Shown piece by piece: positions 13,100 through 24,372 of a stretch of DNA of 64,000 nucleotides. The position numbers were made by a program, and so were the translations under genes. This DNA comes from Nemertoderma westbladi. Its lineage: Eukaryota > Animalia > Xenacoelomorpha. Under the pieces are notes generated by a model, which was not told where the DNA came from, did no database searches, and saw only the letters and a list, made by a program, of their open reading frames with translations. How positions within the stretch are numbered: position 1 is the first letter of the stretch; the number at the start of each line of letters is the position of its first letter. Where the stretch lies: positions 66,857-130,856 of the forward strand of contig JAUCBJ010001154.1 of the NCBI GenBank assembly GCA_032718475.1, read 5' to 3'.

Positions 13100-14940
13100 A
13101 GTTTCGATTCCCAACTGGAACAACAACAACAGCAAGTTCAGTAATAGTGTTGAGGCTGCAAAAAAATATATTTCTCACATGATTAAATCAGGTAGAAGAA
13201 CAATGTACTTTGAGGAAGCTTCAGATCGTACGAAACGCAGACGAGTAGAGGAAATAACATCGGAATTTAAAACTCCTGCTCTTGTCGTAGGAACTACAGC
13301 TTCCTTGAAACCTGAAGGTAGAAAACGTACATCTGAAATCATCAAGCATGTTTCTACCGAGCCCGAATCATCTTCAATGTATATATTATGATGATGAAGC
13401 TCTTTGCACTAATGTTTGACGGAAAATTAAATAAATCTGTGTACCAGATAATCAGAAATAAAGCATGTTCTAAGGGTGTCAACATCTACCCAGCATACAA
13501 TCATGTCCGGGAAGCCAAGAATAGGTGTTACCCATTAGGAATAAATCCCCAGGGTTATCAGGCATCTGTCCCATTGCAAAACCTGCTTGACCAAACCCAC
13601 ACACGTATTTGTGACACTACAGTAGTAGTGAAGTAATTCACCCAATCATCACAAATATGAACGATATTTGCCGAATGGTTTTGCGAAGCAAGGTGGGTTT
13701 TGATGGGAGTAATGGACAGTCCTCCTCATACAAACAGCTTCCAAGTTCTGGATCTAACTTTGCTTTGCTGAGGACTCATCCATATTCATTACATGCTTGG
13801 TTCCACTGTTGTATGTCGAAACCACAATCCGTCATCTACCTTATACTGTAGAACAATTAGCTTTCCGCGAATCACCGATGAGCAAGAGAGACTATTTAAA
13901 GAGATAGCTGATGTAAAATCAAGCTGTCTGTAGTAATATCATCCCAGGTGATACCTACCTCTCTATCTAAGCTCGCGGTAATGCACATAATTGATGTAAT
14001 AATGGTTTATGGCAAGGTACACACCGCACTGTATGATAGGACTTTCAGCAGCCAAAGTTGTTCTTTGTGTGGTGCCACAATTTCACAGATGAATCATACT
14101 GCATTGACCACCCGTCGAAGAGAAAAGTCACAGAAAAGAACTCCATGTATCACCATGGTCTCTTCTGGAATGCTTGCTGCATATACTGTAGCCTACATAA
14201 GAACACGTAAAGTGTGGTCTGTTAGGGGTAAAACAGCAAAGCAGATTATGAAAACGGAGAAGGCACTGAACCAAAACCAATTTCATACTGAACTTGGGTT
14301 GTCATCATAGATCAACCTAAATCTTGTGGCTCTGGTACGTCCGTACGTCCAATGATAGAAATACGGCAAGAAGGGTATTCCAAAATGCTGAGGTCTCTCC
14401 AGAATACTTGGCATTGATAAACCATTCCTAGATTGACTGCACAACATCCTAATTGCCCTTTGTTGTGGCTTCGATGTTGATACCGACAAATTTCAAGAAT
14501 GAGAAACAGCTAGACGTTATGTAACCCTTTTTCCATAGTACTACATTCCACAAGCAATGCATAAGGTTCTAATCCATTGGTTTTTGGCTTCCAGCATTAG
14601 GTCTAAAACAAAAGTCAATGGCACATTTAGTATGCCACTTGGCATATGGGATCAAATAAGACTTAAACTTTCTGGTTTTCGGCTTCCAGCATTAGGTCTA
14701 ACAAAAAGTCAAACTCTGTCTCCCTACAATACGTTGACGTCGTGGCAAAGCTTAAATGCCGAAATCTGCGCCATTCTGTCTGTGTTAATTGTGTTTGCCA
14801 AATATGCAAATTTTGGCACGTACCAGAAATGGCTCAAAGGCACCCATTGAGAATTTGAGACCATCTCAGAAGATTCGCTGCTATCGAAAACTTCGAAATA
14901 ATGAATTTTGATTGCAAAACAGGGTTGCTGGGCCACTGTG
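13100..14940 (+). pseudogene. Decayed Transib (RAG1-core-related) DDE transposase with right terminus
   Basis: Collinear motifs across frameshifted ORFs: FEEASDRTKRRR, YQIIR...IYPAYNHVREAKNRCYP, KVGFDGSNGQ..YKQ, GKV...CSLCGAT...MN, ECLLHI, YYIPQAMHKVLIH. CACTGTG (reverse complement of CACAGTG) at 14934-14940. Confidence 0.88.
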
Positions 14941-15917
14941 GTGTGGCGGGAAATTTAAAGATTCAACCAGATTTAATGTCTGCAGTCTGCCTGTTGCACC
15001 GGCCATGCATGCATCGTAAGATGTACCTCTCTGGTATCTGGCACCGTGCTCTCACTTTTCTTAACGGTAATGATGGTGTGTATCAGCGTATGTGTTTACC
15101 GTATCATGTGTCAGGGGGGTGTACATTAATAATAATTAACATACCGGCAGACCGGTATCCCTATCACTATTGTAACGCGCGTATGCCTTACTGAACAGAA
15201 CACTGCCGCCTCTATATAGAGGCACTATACTGTATCGTCTGTATGTGATCTGATATGGAGGATTGGATTAGGCTAAAAGATAGAGCTTGTAACAACGAAG
15301 GGAAGGTAAGGAAGGTGGTCAGATTAAGTACCGGTGATGTGGTTTAGAGTGTATTACGAAATTAATAATTAATATTATGTTAATCTTAATCTAGGCAGAA
15401 GCATTTTGTTGAACCGTGAGATTTATGGCTATCCCTCCCTATCTGTAGACATTAATAATTGAGCTGAGGTTTTTGTCAGACTTTCAGTGAGACCACAAAC
15501 ATAGACTTCCGCTAGAGGGCCAAATCTCTATAAACATTAAATCAATTTCGAAATTGAAATAATTTCTTTGTTTTTATTCCGTTCAAGCTGAAACCCTCGG
15601 CAGATAGGTTAGACAACTGGCTGCATCTTTTTGGGGACGGTTATCCATCTGCCTGCAGTTCTCTAGTCTGCTGCCAAACGGTTAAATGTCTGATAATCGT
15701 TCTCCTATTTATTTATTTATATTCCGTTTATATTAATATTTATTTATTAACAATTCACTTCATAGGTAAATAATAAGTTAATATCAAGGGCTGGGTCGGT
15801 CTGTCGCTTGAGGGCACCTTCGGCCAGGGGAAATGTTTGCATATTTTATTTATAATTTTGTGTTGAAACTTAATGTTAATTTATACTTGCTGAGCGAAGG
15901 CCCCAGTGCCACCACGC

Positions 15918-16307
15918 TACGCTACTACTACTACTACTCTACTAGGTCGAGCGAACTCGGACAGTGGAAATGAGATCCTTCCAGGCTTCCCGATTCTCCA
16001 TAAGTTGTCGCAATTTCGTTTTTCCCAAGTTCAGTATCCCTTTCAAGTTGATCTATATATGTTATGGCCGGTCGTCCACGACTACGCTTTCCATGAGTTG
16101 GTTGCCAGAAAAGTAGATCTGGTATGACCTCGTCTTTACTTCGCCAGCAGTGCCCACTGAATCTTAATCTGCGTTCACGGAGGGTGGTTGATACAGGTGG
16201 TATTGTACCATAAAGCGCGGCGTTTGTGGGGCGAGACACGTAGTCGGCGAGCCTTTGCATACGGTTCATATAGGGCAAATGGGGCATGTCCGTCTGTCTG
16301 TCCGTCT

Positions 16308-16340
<33 letters not shown>

Positions 16341-17115
16341 GTAAATGTTTGAACGCGAATTTCTCGGCATCGCTCGTTCGGAATTGAACCAAACTTAGTA
16401 GGTAAGTAGTAGAGAGAAAGTTTAGAAATTTTGTAAAGTTTGGTGAAAAATCATGCAGTCTGACGTCAGCTACGACAGATTATGTGGTTTTTAGAAAATG
16501 TTAAATTTCTCGGGAAGGCCTCATTTTCCTGAGCTGAAATTTTGATGGCCTGTAGAGAATCATGAAGTCTATCTTTTACGAAATTGAAAAGTTAAGACAT
16601 TTAATTGGGGATCCGCTAGAGACTCAGAAGTAATGACATAGGCCTACCGGTACGGTACTGCTGTACAGTGGTGCACTGGTAAGTACGAAATTGCAGAATA
16701 ACAATTTGACACCACCTAGCGGATTAACATATGATTGTATATCGAATGAATACATTTATAGCATGGGATATGGGGTCCAAACTAGACATGCCCCATTTGC
16801 TCTATATGAACCGTATGCCAAGGCTTGCCGACTACGTGCTGCGCGAAGTCCCCACGAACGTGTCATGTGTTGTCTCCAGCTGATATTTAGGGCTGCCCTT
16901 AGTAGTCTTGTGTAGTCCATCTATTCGTTGTTCAAGTGATTTAGTCAGTGTCCAGGTATAAGAATACAAAGAACTTAGTCTTCAGGTACCTGCAGAGATC
17001 TGATTTCCAGATGGTATCCATTTTTGATAGAGCTACCCAAGCCTTTGCTTTCCTAACTTCTATGTCCTTTTTGCTACTCTCTATCCATGATCCTAGGTAC
17101 TGGAAGTCGGTAGTA
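15918..17115 (-). mobile_element. RTE-type LINE 3' fragment (second family) interrupted by a ~640-bp insertion
   Basis: DFQYLGSWI...KAWVAL..M..IWKS and YTRLLRAALNISW (16860-17115) continue as LYGTIPPVS...RRLRFSGHCWR...GRP (15934-16215). (TAG)n tail near 15920-15942. Confidence 0.8.
16222..16860. mobile_element. Non-autonomous element with long subterminal inverted repeats and GTCY microsatellite (DINE-1/Helentron-like)
   Basis: CACGTAGTCGGCGAGCCTTTGCATACGGTTCATATAGGGCAAATGGGGCATGTC (~16237-16290) is inverted at ~16784-16838. It splits the RTE ORF. Confidence 0.65.
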
Positions 17116-17253
17116 GTCGGTAGGCAGTTATGTTAATATTATCGATACAGTGTACTAAACGTAAATGATATATGTTTTGTACTGCCGGCTAAGTATTTAC
17201 CGTTGAAGGTAAATTTACTACCAGTTTATTATTATAATTATTATTACTGTGGA

Positions 17254-17917
17254 TCTCAAATTCTCAATGGGTGCCTTTGAGCCATTTCTGGTACGTGCCA
17301 AAATTTGCATATTTGGCAAACATAATAAACACAGACAGAATGGCGCAGATTTCGGTTCCACGAGGTATAGCAGGGTGCTGTGCCGAAGCGTTAACAAATG
17401 GTTTCAAATTCTCTAGCAGCACAGAATTGCCACTTTTTAGCATGTGGACATGGCACTTTTGTTTGGCCTGGCACAAAATATCAAAATCGCTAAAGCTTCA
17501 TTGAAATGTGGCATTTTCGGCATTTACAGGTTTTCAAAGCTATTTGATGCGATTATCTCTGATATGTTCCATAAGTGGCACAATTTCCTGTAACCTTAGT
17601 AAACTGAAGTAAGTTTTAAGCATTTAAGCTTTGCCACGACGTCAACGTATTGTAGGGAGACAGAGTTTGACTTTTTGTTAGACCTAACGCTGGAAGCCGA
17701 AAACCAGAAAGTTTAAGTCTATTTGATCCCATATGCCAAGTGGCATACTAAATGTGCGATTGACTTTTGTTTTAGACCTAATGCTGGAAGCCAAAAACCA
17801 ATGGATTAGAACCTTATGCATTGCTTGTGGAATGTAGTAGAGTAGTACTATGGAAAAGGGGTTACATAACGTCTAGCTGTTTCTCATTCTTGAAATTTGT
17901 CGGCATCAACATCGAAG
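17254..17917 (-). mobile_element. Inverted partial copy of the Transib 3' region
   Basis: Reverse complement of 14469-14860, nearly identical, with ~265 bp extra at ~17356-17620. Confidence 0.85.
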
Positions 17918-19593
17918 ATCTTATAAAATGTTATTGTTATTATTACTTTTATACAGTACATCAATAATAATTGTCTCCTAGCTTCCCAATATTGGTTTCC
18001 AGTGTTCACTGTTCAGCCCTTCGGTGGTTACTGGTTAGACCTCCCGAAGTTGAATGAAACCATTTACTTCCGGCAGACACCCGCAGACTTCCCGATATTG
18101 TCTCAACGTCAATAATACAAGTGAGTTATTTTATAAGTCTACTGTATACAATATTTACTAAATTGAGTTTCTTGTATTTGTTTTATTCTGATGTAATACT
18201 GAGTTATAAATTATCTCAAATACAATTTTAATACAGTAATAGTACCAGTAGGCCTACAATAAAAAATATGGTAAAATTATATTTTGAGAATTTATTGTCA
18301 TTTTTTAAATTAAAATGTGTTATTTTAAAATGGCCATGGAAAATCTCTAAAAGTTTTAAATTAATAAATTAAAAAAATATTTTTGAAACAAAAAAATATA
18401 CGAAAACAGAGAAAATTATGATTTTTTAAATTTTCGAGACACTTTGAGGAGAAATTGTTCTATGTAGCCTTTATATTAAAATCTCCACATTATCTTTTGT
18501 TGGATATTAACCTCCGTCCCAACCATAGTATACTGCAATTATACAACTTTAAGGTCGTCTTATGTAGTTTGCCACTATAACTTAATGGCAATCTCAGTTA
18601 AACACTAACTAAGCCGACCGGTTTGGTACTAATGGGTGTAGGTAGATAAACAAATAGGATCGAGGCATTTAGTTACGTGTACAGCTATCGATTTAGATTC
18701 TTAGTTAATATAAATATTACAAAATAGTAAAACAGCCACTAAATAGTAATATAAACACAGTTTGTGTATTCTAACACGATACTTTATAGCACTTGAGCAA
18801 TTAATAGACTTTCATTATCATTTTATAGCCCACACCCATAACTATAATGGTATCTAAGCAACGAAGCCAAATACGCGATTGGCCTTTTAAGTATGATGGA
18901 TATTTGGCACTTACTACACGGAACTGTTAGTAATACCTCGCCTCCTCCCATTACAGTATCATATTGTACCCTAAGTGGGTGGTGAGGAGGAGGAGGGGGG
19001 GGGGGGGGGATTTATAAAAGGAAAACAGTCGATGCCCATGACGAATATTGACGCGTGGTTGATAACTGAAGTTTTTAATTGTGTCGACAAAGTCGACGTG
19101 TAGTGCAGTGGTGAATAGGTCTGTAATAGTGAGCGGGTTTGTTGGAGATATTGCTTTTGTAGGTTTACTTTTAATGCATTGCTCTGTGAGGGAACCTGAA
19201 TTTTGAACCTGAAATCCTCCTCTTACGTTATTTATATGGACATACAAAATGCTTTTGATACTGTTAACCACGTTTAATAATATTTCGTCCATTGTAATCT
19301 CCGCAGCCCATTAAAAATTACGAATAAAAGTTAAAGATTACGAATCGGTAACAATTTACATCATTCATAATTCAATGCGGGATTACCCAGGGATACTAAA
19401 CCTAAACATAGGTCTAGGTCTAATCATTTTATTATTATTTGTGATTATTTTAATAAGGGTTATTTGAGGTGGTCGTTTATTACAGAGAAGCGAGTAACTT
19501 ATGCGAGTAAATAGTGTCATCAAATCATTGATAAGCTCATTTATTGGAGTTGCGAATAATGTCCGCTTGGTGGCGTTTATTACTCAAGTTTCC

Positions 19594-19842
19594 AGATAGG
19601 GGGGTGGGGGACTGGACGCAATTAAAATTAATCCCTCTCCAGGGCCAGGGGAAATTGGACGCAAATAACAGCTGATTACTCTCAAAAATAAAACTGTAAC
19701 CTGTTATATTGTGTTTTGTTTATTGTTTTGGTTAAAATAACGTGGCACTGTAACCTGCTCCTTTCCCTAAATTGAGAATTGAACATTGAGGCAGGATATT
19801 CATTCGCCAAGATGGGATTTGCGTCCAGTCTCCCCCTATCTC
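19594..19842. mobile_element. ~240-bp MITE family (TIR GGGG-ACTGGACGCAA)
   Basis: GACTGGACGCAA...TTGCGTCCAGTC. Second copy at 22576-22815; fragments at 9750-9880, 38850-39160 and elsewhere. Confidence 0.75.
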
Positions 19843-19879
19843 AAATGTTGTTTGGAAGTCACATAGAATTCATCGGAAT

Positions 19880-20395
19880 CTTAGGTCCGATTATTTAGAG
19901 CAGCAGTAGTTCCCGTACTCCTCTATGGGAGTCCATTCTGGGCTCTAACTGCTGAGGACACAAAATCTCTGGATGGCACATTCACAAGAATGCTACGCCG
20001 GGTTCATTGTGTCAAGTACAATGCACACATCTCCAACCAGACACTATATAACATTGGAGGTGTCTCATTGGTTCCCCCAAGCTCGACACTAGAACAAAGC
20101 CGCCTCCGCTTTGCAGGACATTGCTTTCGCCGTGAGGACCAGCCAGTGCATAATTTTGTGCTTTGGTGGCCTCATGGAGTGAATAAGCATGGTGGACAGC
20201 ATATGACTTTCTTGAGACGCATCTTAAAGGACACTGGCCTTGAAGATGCGAATGATCTAGCAAATGTCATTGGTGATAGGGAGTTGTGGCGGCGCAATTT
20301 ATTCGACAAGCCGGCACAGTATTATTAATATATATGTAATGTATATATATAATGGAGCTGCAATGCAGCATGCCGATCCTAGTAGTAGTAGTAGA
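19880..20395 (+). mobile_element. RTE-type LINE 3' end with (TAG)n tail
   Basis: RLFRAAVVPVLLYGS..WAL...DGTFTRMLRR...RLRFAGHC; same family as 4440-4850. Confidence 0.8.
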
Positions 20396-20798
20396 GTAAA
20401 TGTTTCGTACCTGTCACCATACCCGAACTGGTGCACTGCACATGTACCTTTATCAAAAGCGATAATAGCTAATCCAAGTGTCTAAATAAACTCATCCAAG
20501 GTGAATTCAGGAGGTTAAACAGTACTACATTATATCTCTCTCAATGATTTTAATTATTGATAGTAACAATGTGTTGGCAAGCTGTATTTTTCGAGGTGTT
20601 TGTTATTATACATTTATTATAGGAAGGGATCTAGGGGTCTTTACCTCGAATGATAAGTTTATTTTACCGAAAATAACTTATCTTTTATTGGCGCAATTGT
20701 AGGACTAATCCCATCACATGCGTACTTTTTAACCGGGTAGTGTACAAATTTAAGAATCGCGTAATTTTTCTTGAAATTAATATCTCATATCTCTCCAA

Positions 20799-20841
20799 AC
20801 CACGTACGCGTTTCGACCTTACTGGGTCTCATCAGCGTGGT
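20799..20841 (-). ncRNA. Minimal type I hammerhead ribozyme
   Basis: Minus strand ACCACG-CUGAUGA-GACC-CAGUAA-GGUC-GAAA-CGCG-UA-CGUGGU: intact core, stems I and II, palindromic stem III. Confidence 0.9.
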
Positions 20842-21211
20842 GTCGGATTCGAACCTGGGACCTCGAGGTGGAAGCCGAGACTACAACCACTAGGCCACAG
20901 GTTCTTGAGATATGGAGTATTAATTTCAAAGCCAGCTGCCATTTTATTAGCCCCTGAGTTTTTTGATTATTGATAGTAACAATGTGTTGGCAAGCTGTAT
21001 TTTTCGAGGTGTTTGTTATTATACATTTATTATAGGAAGGGATCTAGGGGTCTTTACCTCGAATGATAAGTTTATTTTACCGAAAATAACTTATCTTTTA
21101 TTGGCGCAATTGTAGGACTAATCCCATCACATGCGTACTTTTTAACCGGGTAGTGTACAAATTTAAGAATCGCGTAATTTTTCTTGAAATTAATATATCA
21201 TATCTCTCCAA

Positions 21212-21254
21212 ACCATGTACGCGTTTCGACCTTACTGGGTCTCATCAGCGTGGT
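21212..21254 (-). ncRNA. Minimal type I hammerhead ribozyme (one stem I mismatch)
   Basis: Same motif 413 bp away; the 3' arm of stem I reads CAUGGU instead of CGUGGU. Confidence 0.82.
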
Positions 21255-21321
21255 GTCGGATTCGAACTCTCGAATATCTCTCTCAATGATTTTAATACGA
21301 TGTTAAGATTTGATGATAAAT

Positions 21322-21652
21322 TGGGGAGGTGGGAGAGGAAGGGGCATGTGTGACAAGGAATAAAGACGGGGGAGGTGGGAGAGGAAGGGGCGTGTGTGAC
21401 AAGGAATAAAGACGGGGGAGGTGGGAGAGGAAGGGGCGTGTGTGACAAGGAATAAAGACGGGGGAGGTGGGAGAGGAAGGGGCGTGTTTGACAAGAAATA
21501 AAGACGGGGGGGGGGGGGGGGGGGTGGGAGAGGAAGGGGCGTGTGTGACAAGGAATAAAGACGGGGGGTGGGAGAGGAAGGGGCGTGTGTGACAAGGAAT
21601 AAAGACAGGGGAGGTGGGAGTGGAAGGGGTGTGTGTGACAAGGAATAAAGAC
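21322..21652. repeat. G-rich 46-bp minisatellite, ~7 copies
   Basis: Unit GGGGAGGTGGGAGAGGAAGGGGCGTGTGTGACAAGGAATAAAGACG. Confidence 0.92.
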
Positions 21653-22575
21653 GCGATATTCTAGGATGCATTACGATGATGCTGATATGTAGAAGTATTT
21701 GATTTGATTTTTAGCAATAATTGGTACTTTTTTATTATGATTTTGCGATTAAAACAATGTTTTTTTTGGTGTAGTCATGGTAACTACTGTAGTTGTTAAC
21801 TAACTAGTTATCTATTTATTTATTTTATGTACGTTTTTGAGACTCTCTTAATTAAATAAAAGGAATTTAGTATCTTAAATTCAATAATGGTGGTTATGAT
21901 TTTCATGATGTGTCGTTTTGTTTCGCGATTTTATCTATTGTAAGCGTTTCCTTCCTGATATGTTCTACCGATATTTGAAACTTGAATTGTGTTGAGATTT
22001 CATTTCAATAAAAACGAAAACCAAAGATATCGGAATCAATATGCGTCGACGGCTATCCAATACTTTGAGCTAGAACCTTAGCGTCTCAGTATAAATGTTG
22101 TACATTCCATATTTTTAGTCTGCAATGTTTATATTCACTATTCATACTCAGCTATGATTTATTTTATTTACTCGGAGGATAAAAAGAATCTCGGGTCGCA
22201 ACATACAATCCCGCCTTTATTTAAAAATAACCACAGAGGAATACATTATCTTAGTATTATTATATGGATGTTATGTTATATTATTAATATCTGGAAGTTT
22301 GGAGTGGAGATTGTACTCTGACACGCTACTAGTTCGACATCTCGACACCCCTGACCAAATTGTTTACTACATTTTTTTTATTTGAAGTGGAAATACTAGC
22401 CAGTATTGATGTCAGTTCAATCTCAGTAATTTCAGGTAGCTGGTGTTTTTCCTAGCTAGAAAATATATAATTGTGTAGTAAAAAATTTTATTAAAATTTA
22501 ATATAAGAACAACATGATATAACCTACATCCTTGTAATTTTAATTGGTTTACACACTTTAGTGATTATGTATTGT

Positions 22576-22815
22576 GGGGGAAACTGGACGCAATAAAAAT
22601 TCATCCCTCTCCATGGGAAATTCGACGGAAATAACGGATGATTACTCTCAAAAATAAAACTGTAACTTGTTCTAATGTGTTTAGTTTATTGTTTTGGTTA
22701 AAATAACGTGCCACTGTAACCTGCTCCTTTCCCTAAATTGAGAATTTAACATTCAGGCGGGATATTAATTCGCCAAGGCGGGTTTTGCGTCCAGTTCCCC
22801 CCCCCCCCCCCCCCC
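22576..22815. mobile_element. MITE, same family as 19594-19842
   Basis: Same TIRs and internal sequence. Confidence 0.72.
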
Positions 22816-24066
22816 TGTCTCACGTAGCTAGTGTTTTTTTTATGACAGATAATAATCAGTAATATTTCATAAAACCAAAATAACTATTTACATCATTGTG
22901 TACAAAGTAGCACTTTGCAGCGTATGATCCGAGTTTATTTATGTACCGAGCGAGCGCAGCTAGGGAGGTTTACATAAATAAACAAGGGTCTTTAACGTTG
23001 AAAAGTGACCTTTGCACACAATGATGTATGTAATTTTGTTACATTATGTCAACTTATGGGATGCTCAATTAAACATTTTAATCATGTACTTATTTGGAAT
23101 ATAAGTGAAATTTATTTACATTTATATCTAATTAAAGTTTATTGTTGTTATCTCCTGTATGGATGTGATAAATCATTAATCCATCTTGAATATAGTCGAC
23201 TGAAGCAAACTTAGTCACCGTTTGTGTCCGTTCAGTTTTACTGAACACTGTCGCCATTTTCTTTACTCATTTTCTCTAAAGTGTCTTCTATTGGACGTTT
23301 GCCATAATGGATTACACTACATGTTAAACAATTATTTACATACAGTAGCTAGTCCCGTCACTACATACTGGATAGGACAATAAAGCAGCACGCATTAATA
23401 TAAATGGAAATAATACATTCTGGAATACGGTAATATGAAGTTGTTTCCAGGTCATTGATTACTTTGCAGCGTTCCGTCCTATACGCCGCAACGCTGCAAA
23501 GTGGTACCTTGCAGCGTTACGAGTAATTCATCAGAACGCTGATAAGTTGATAATGTAACAAAATATTATTTTATGACGAACAGTAGCTTCTTTTATATGG
23601 TACCGCACATTTCTAATGTTTTTTTATTGTTGTTAGCTTTTTTGGTTGTGTTGAAAATGAATTTAGCTAAATTGAAATGGAAAAAAATAGTTTAGAATAA
23701 GCAGAAAATGAAAATAAAATAAAAAAAATATTTTTTAATAATATTTTCTAAATAACTAGTCTTTTAAAAAATAGTACCTAGCTTGGACAATAGTATGTTG
23801 ATGGATTGTAGACCATATGTTCGAGAACATAAAATATATAAAAATCATGGAAACTTTAGTTAGTGGAAAACAATTTGATGGAGGTGTGTCTACATGACGA
23901 AGTAGTACCCATTGACACACACATATCAGGGGGTGTCTACATGACGAAGTAGTACCATTGGCACACACATATGAATGGGGCGGAGTGTTTTAGTAATTTA
24001 CATCATTAAAATTAAAATTAAAAACACATCATTATATTTTACTACTCTGTGTTTATTGTCCTAATA

Positions 24067-24372
24067 ATGGGGAACTGCTTGGGTGGAGAAGGGCAGTTTG
24101 TAGTCAATGATGATGGCAGTGTTTCGAAGCGAAAGGGACTTTGTTGCAGCTGGAAGAGAACATTGAAATACGAAAATTACGATGGAGATATGGATGGTGG
24201 AGTTGGGCCCTACTCCCTGTATCCCAACAATAAAGCATCGGATTTCTGTCGCTGTCCGTACAAGGTTCCAATAAAGAGATGTACCTGCATCCCTCATGGC
24301 TATCACCAAGGAATAGCGGGTCATTACAATTACCCAACCCCGCAGTATTATCCTATGCATTACAGTAATTAA
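24067..24372 (+). CDS. Small intronless orphan protein (101 aa), Cys/Tyr/Gly/Pro-rich, possible N-myristoylation/palmitoylation
   Basis: ATG in context ATAATGG; MGNCLGG start; ORF coincides with a GC-richer island in very AT-rich flanks. Confidence 0.55.
   Translation: MGNCLGGEGQFVVNDDGSVSKRKGLCCSWKRTLKYENYDGDMDGGVGPYSLYPNNKASDFCRCPYKVPIKRCTCIPHGYHQGIAGHYNYPTPQYYPMHYSN

Larger units (their letters stand above)
20555..21273 (-). mobile_element. tRNA-promoter/hammerhead retrozyme-like element, ~1.7 head-to-tail copies of a 413-bp unit
   Basis: 413-bp periodicity, two hammerhead motifs, and a 23-bp TSD ATATCTCTCTCAATGATTTTAAT (20532-20554 and 21274-21296). Confidence 0.85.

Noticed and set aside
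17982-18120. Possible + strand exon (ctcctAG...GTGAGT)
   Set aside because: Stops in all three frames and no recognisable homology or partner exon.
14940-18200. RAG2-like partner gene next to the Transib (ProtoRAG-type pair)
   Set aside because: No kelch or PHD-like ORF is visible; the region is explained by LINE and other repeat fragments.
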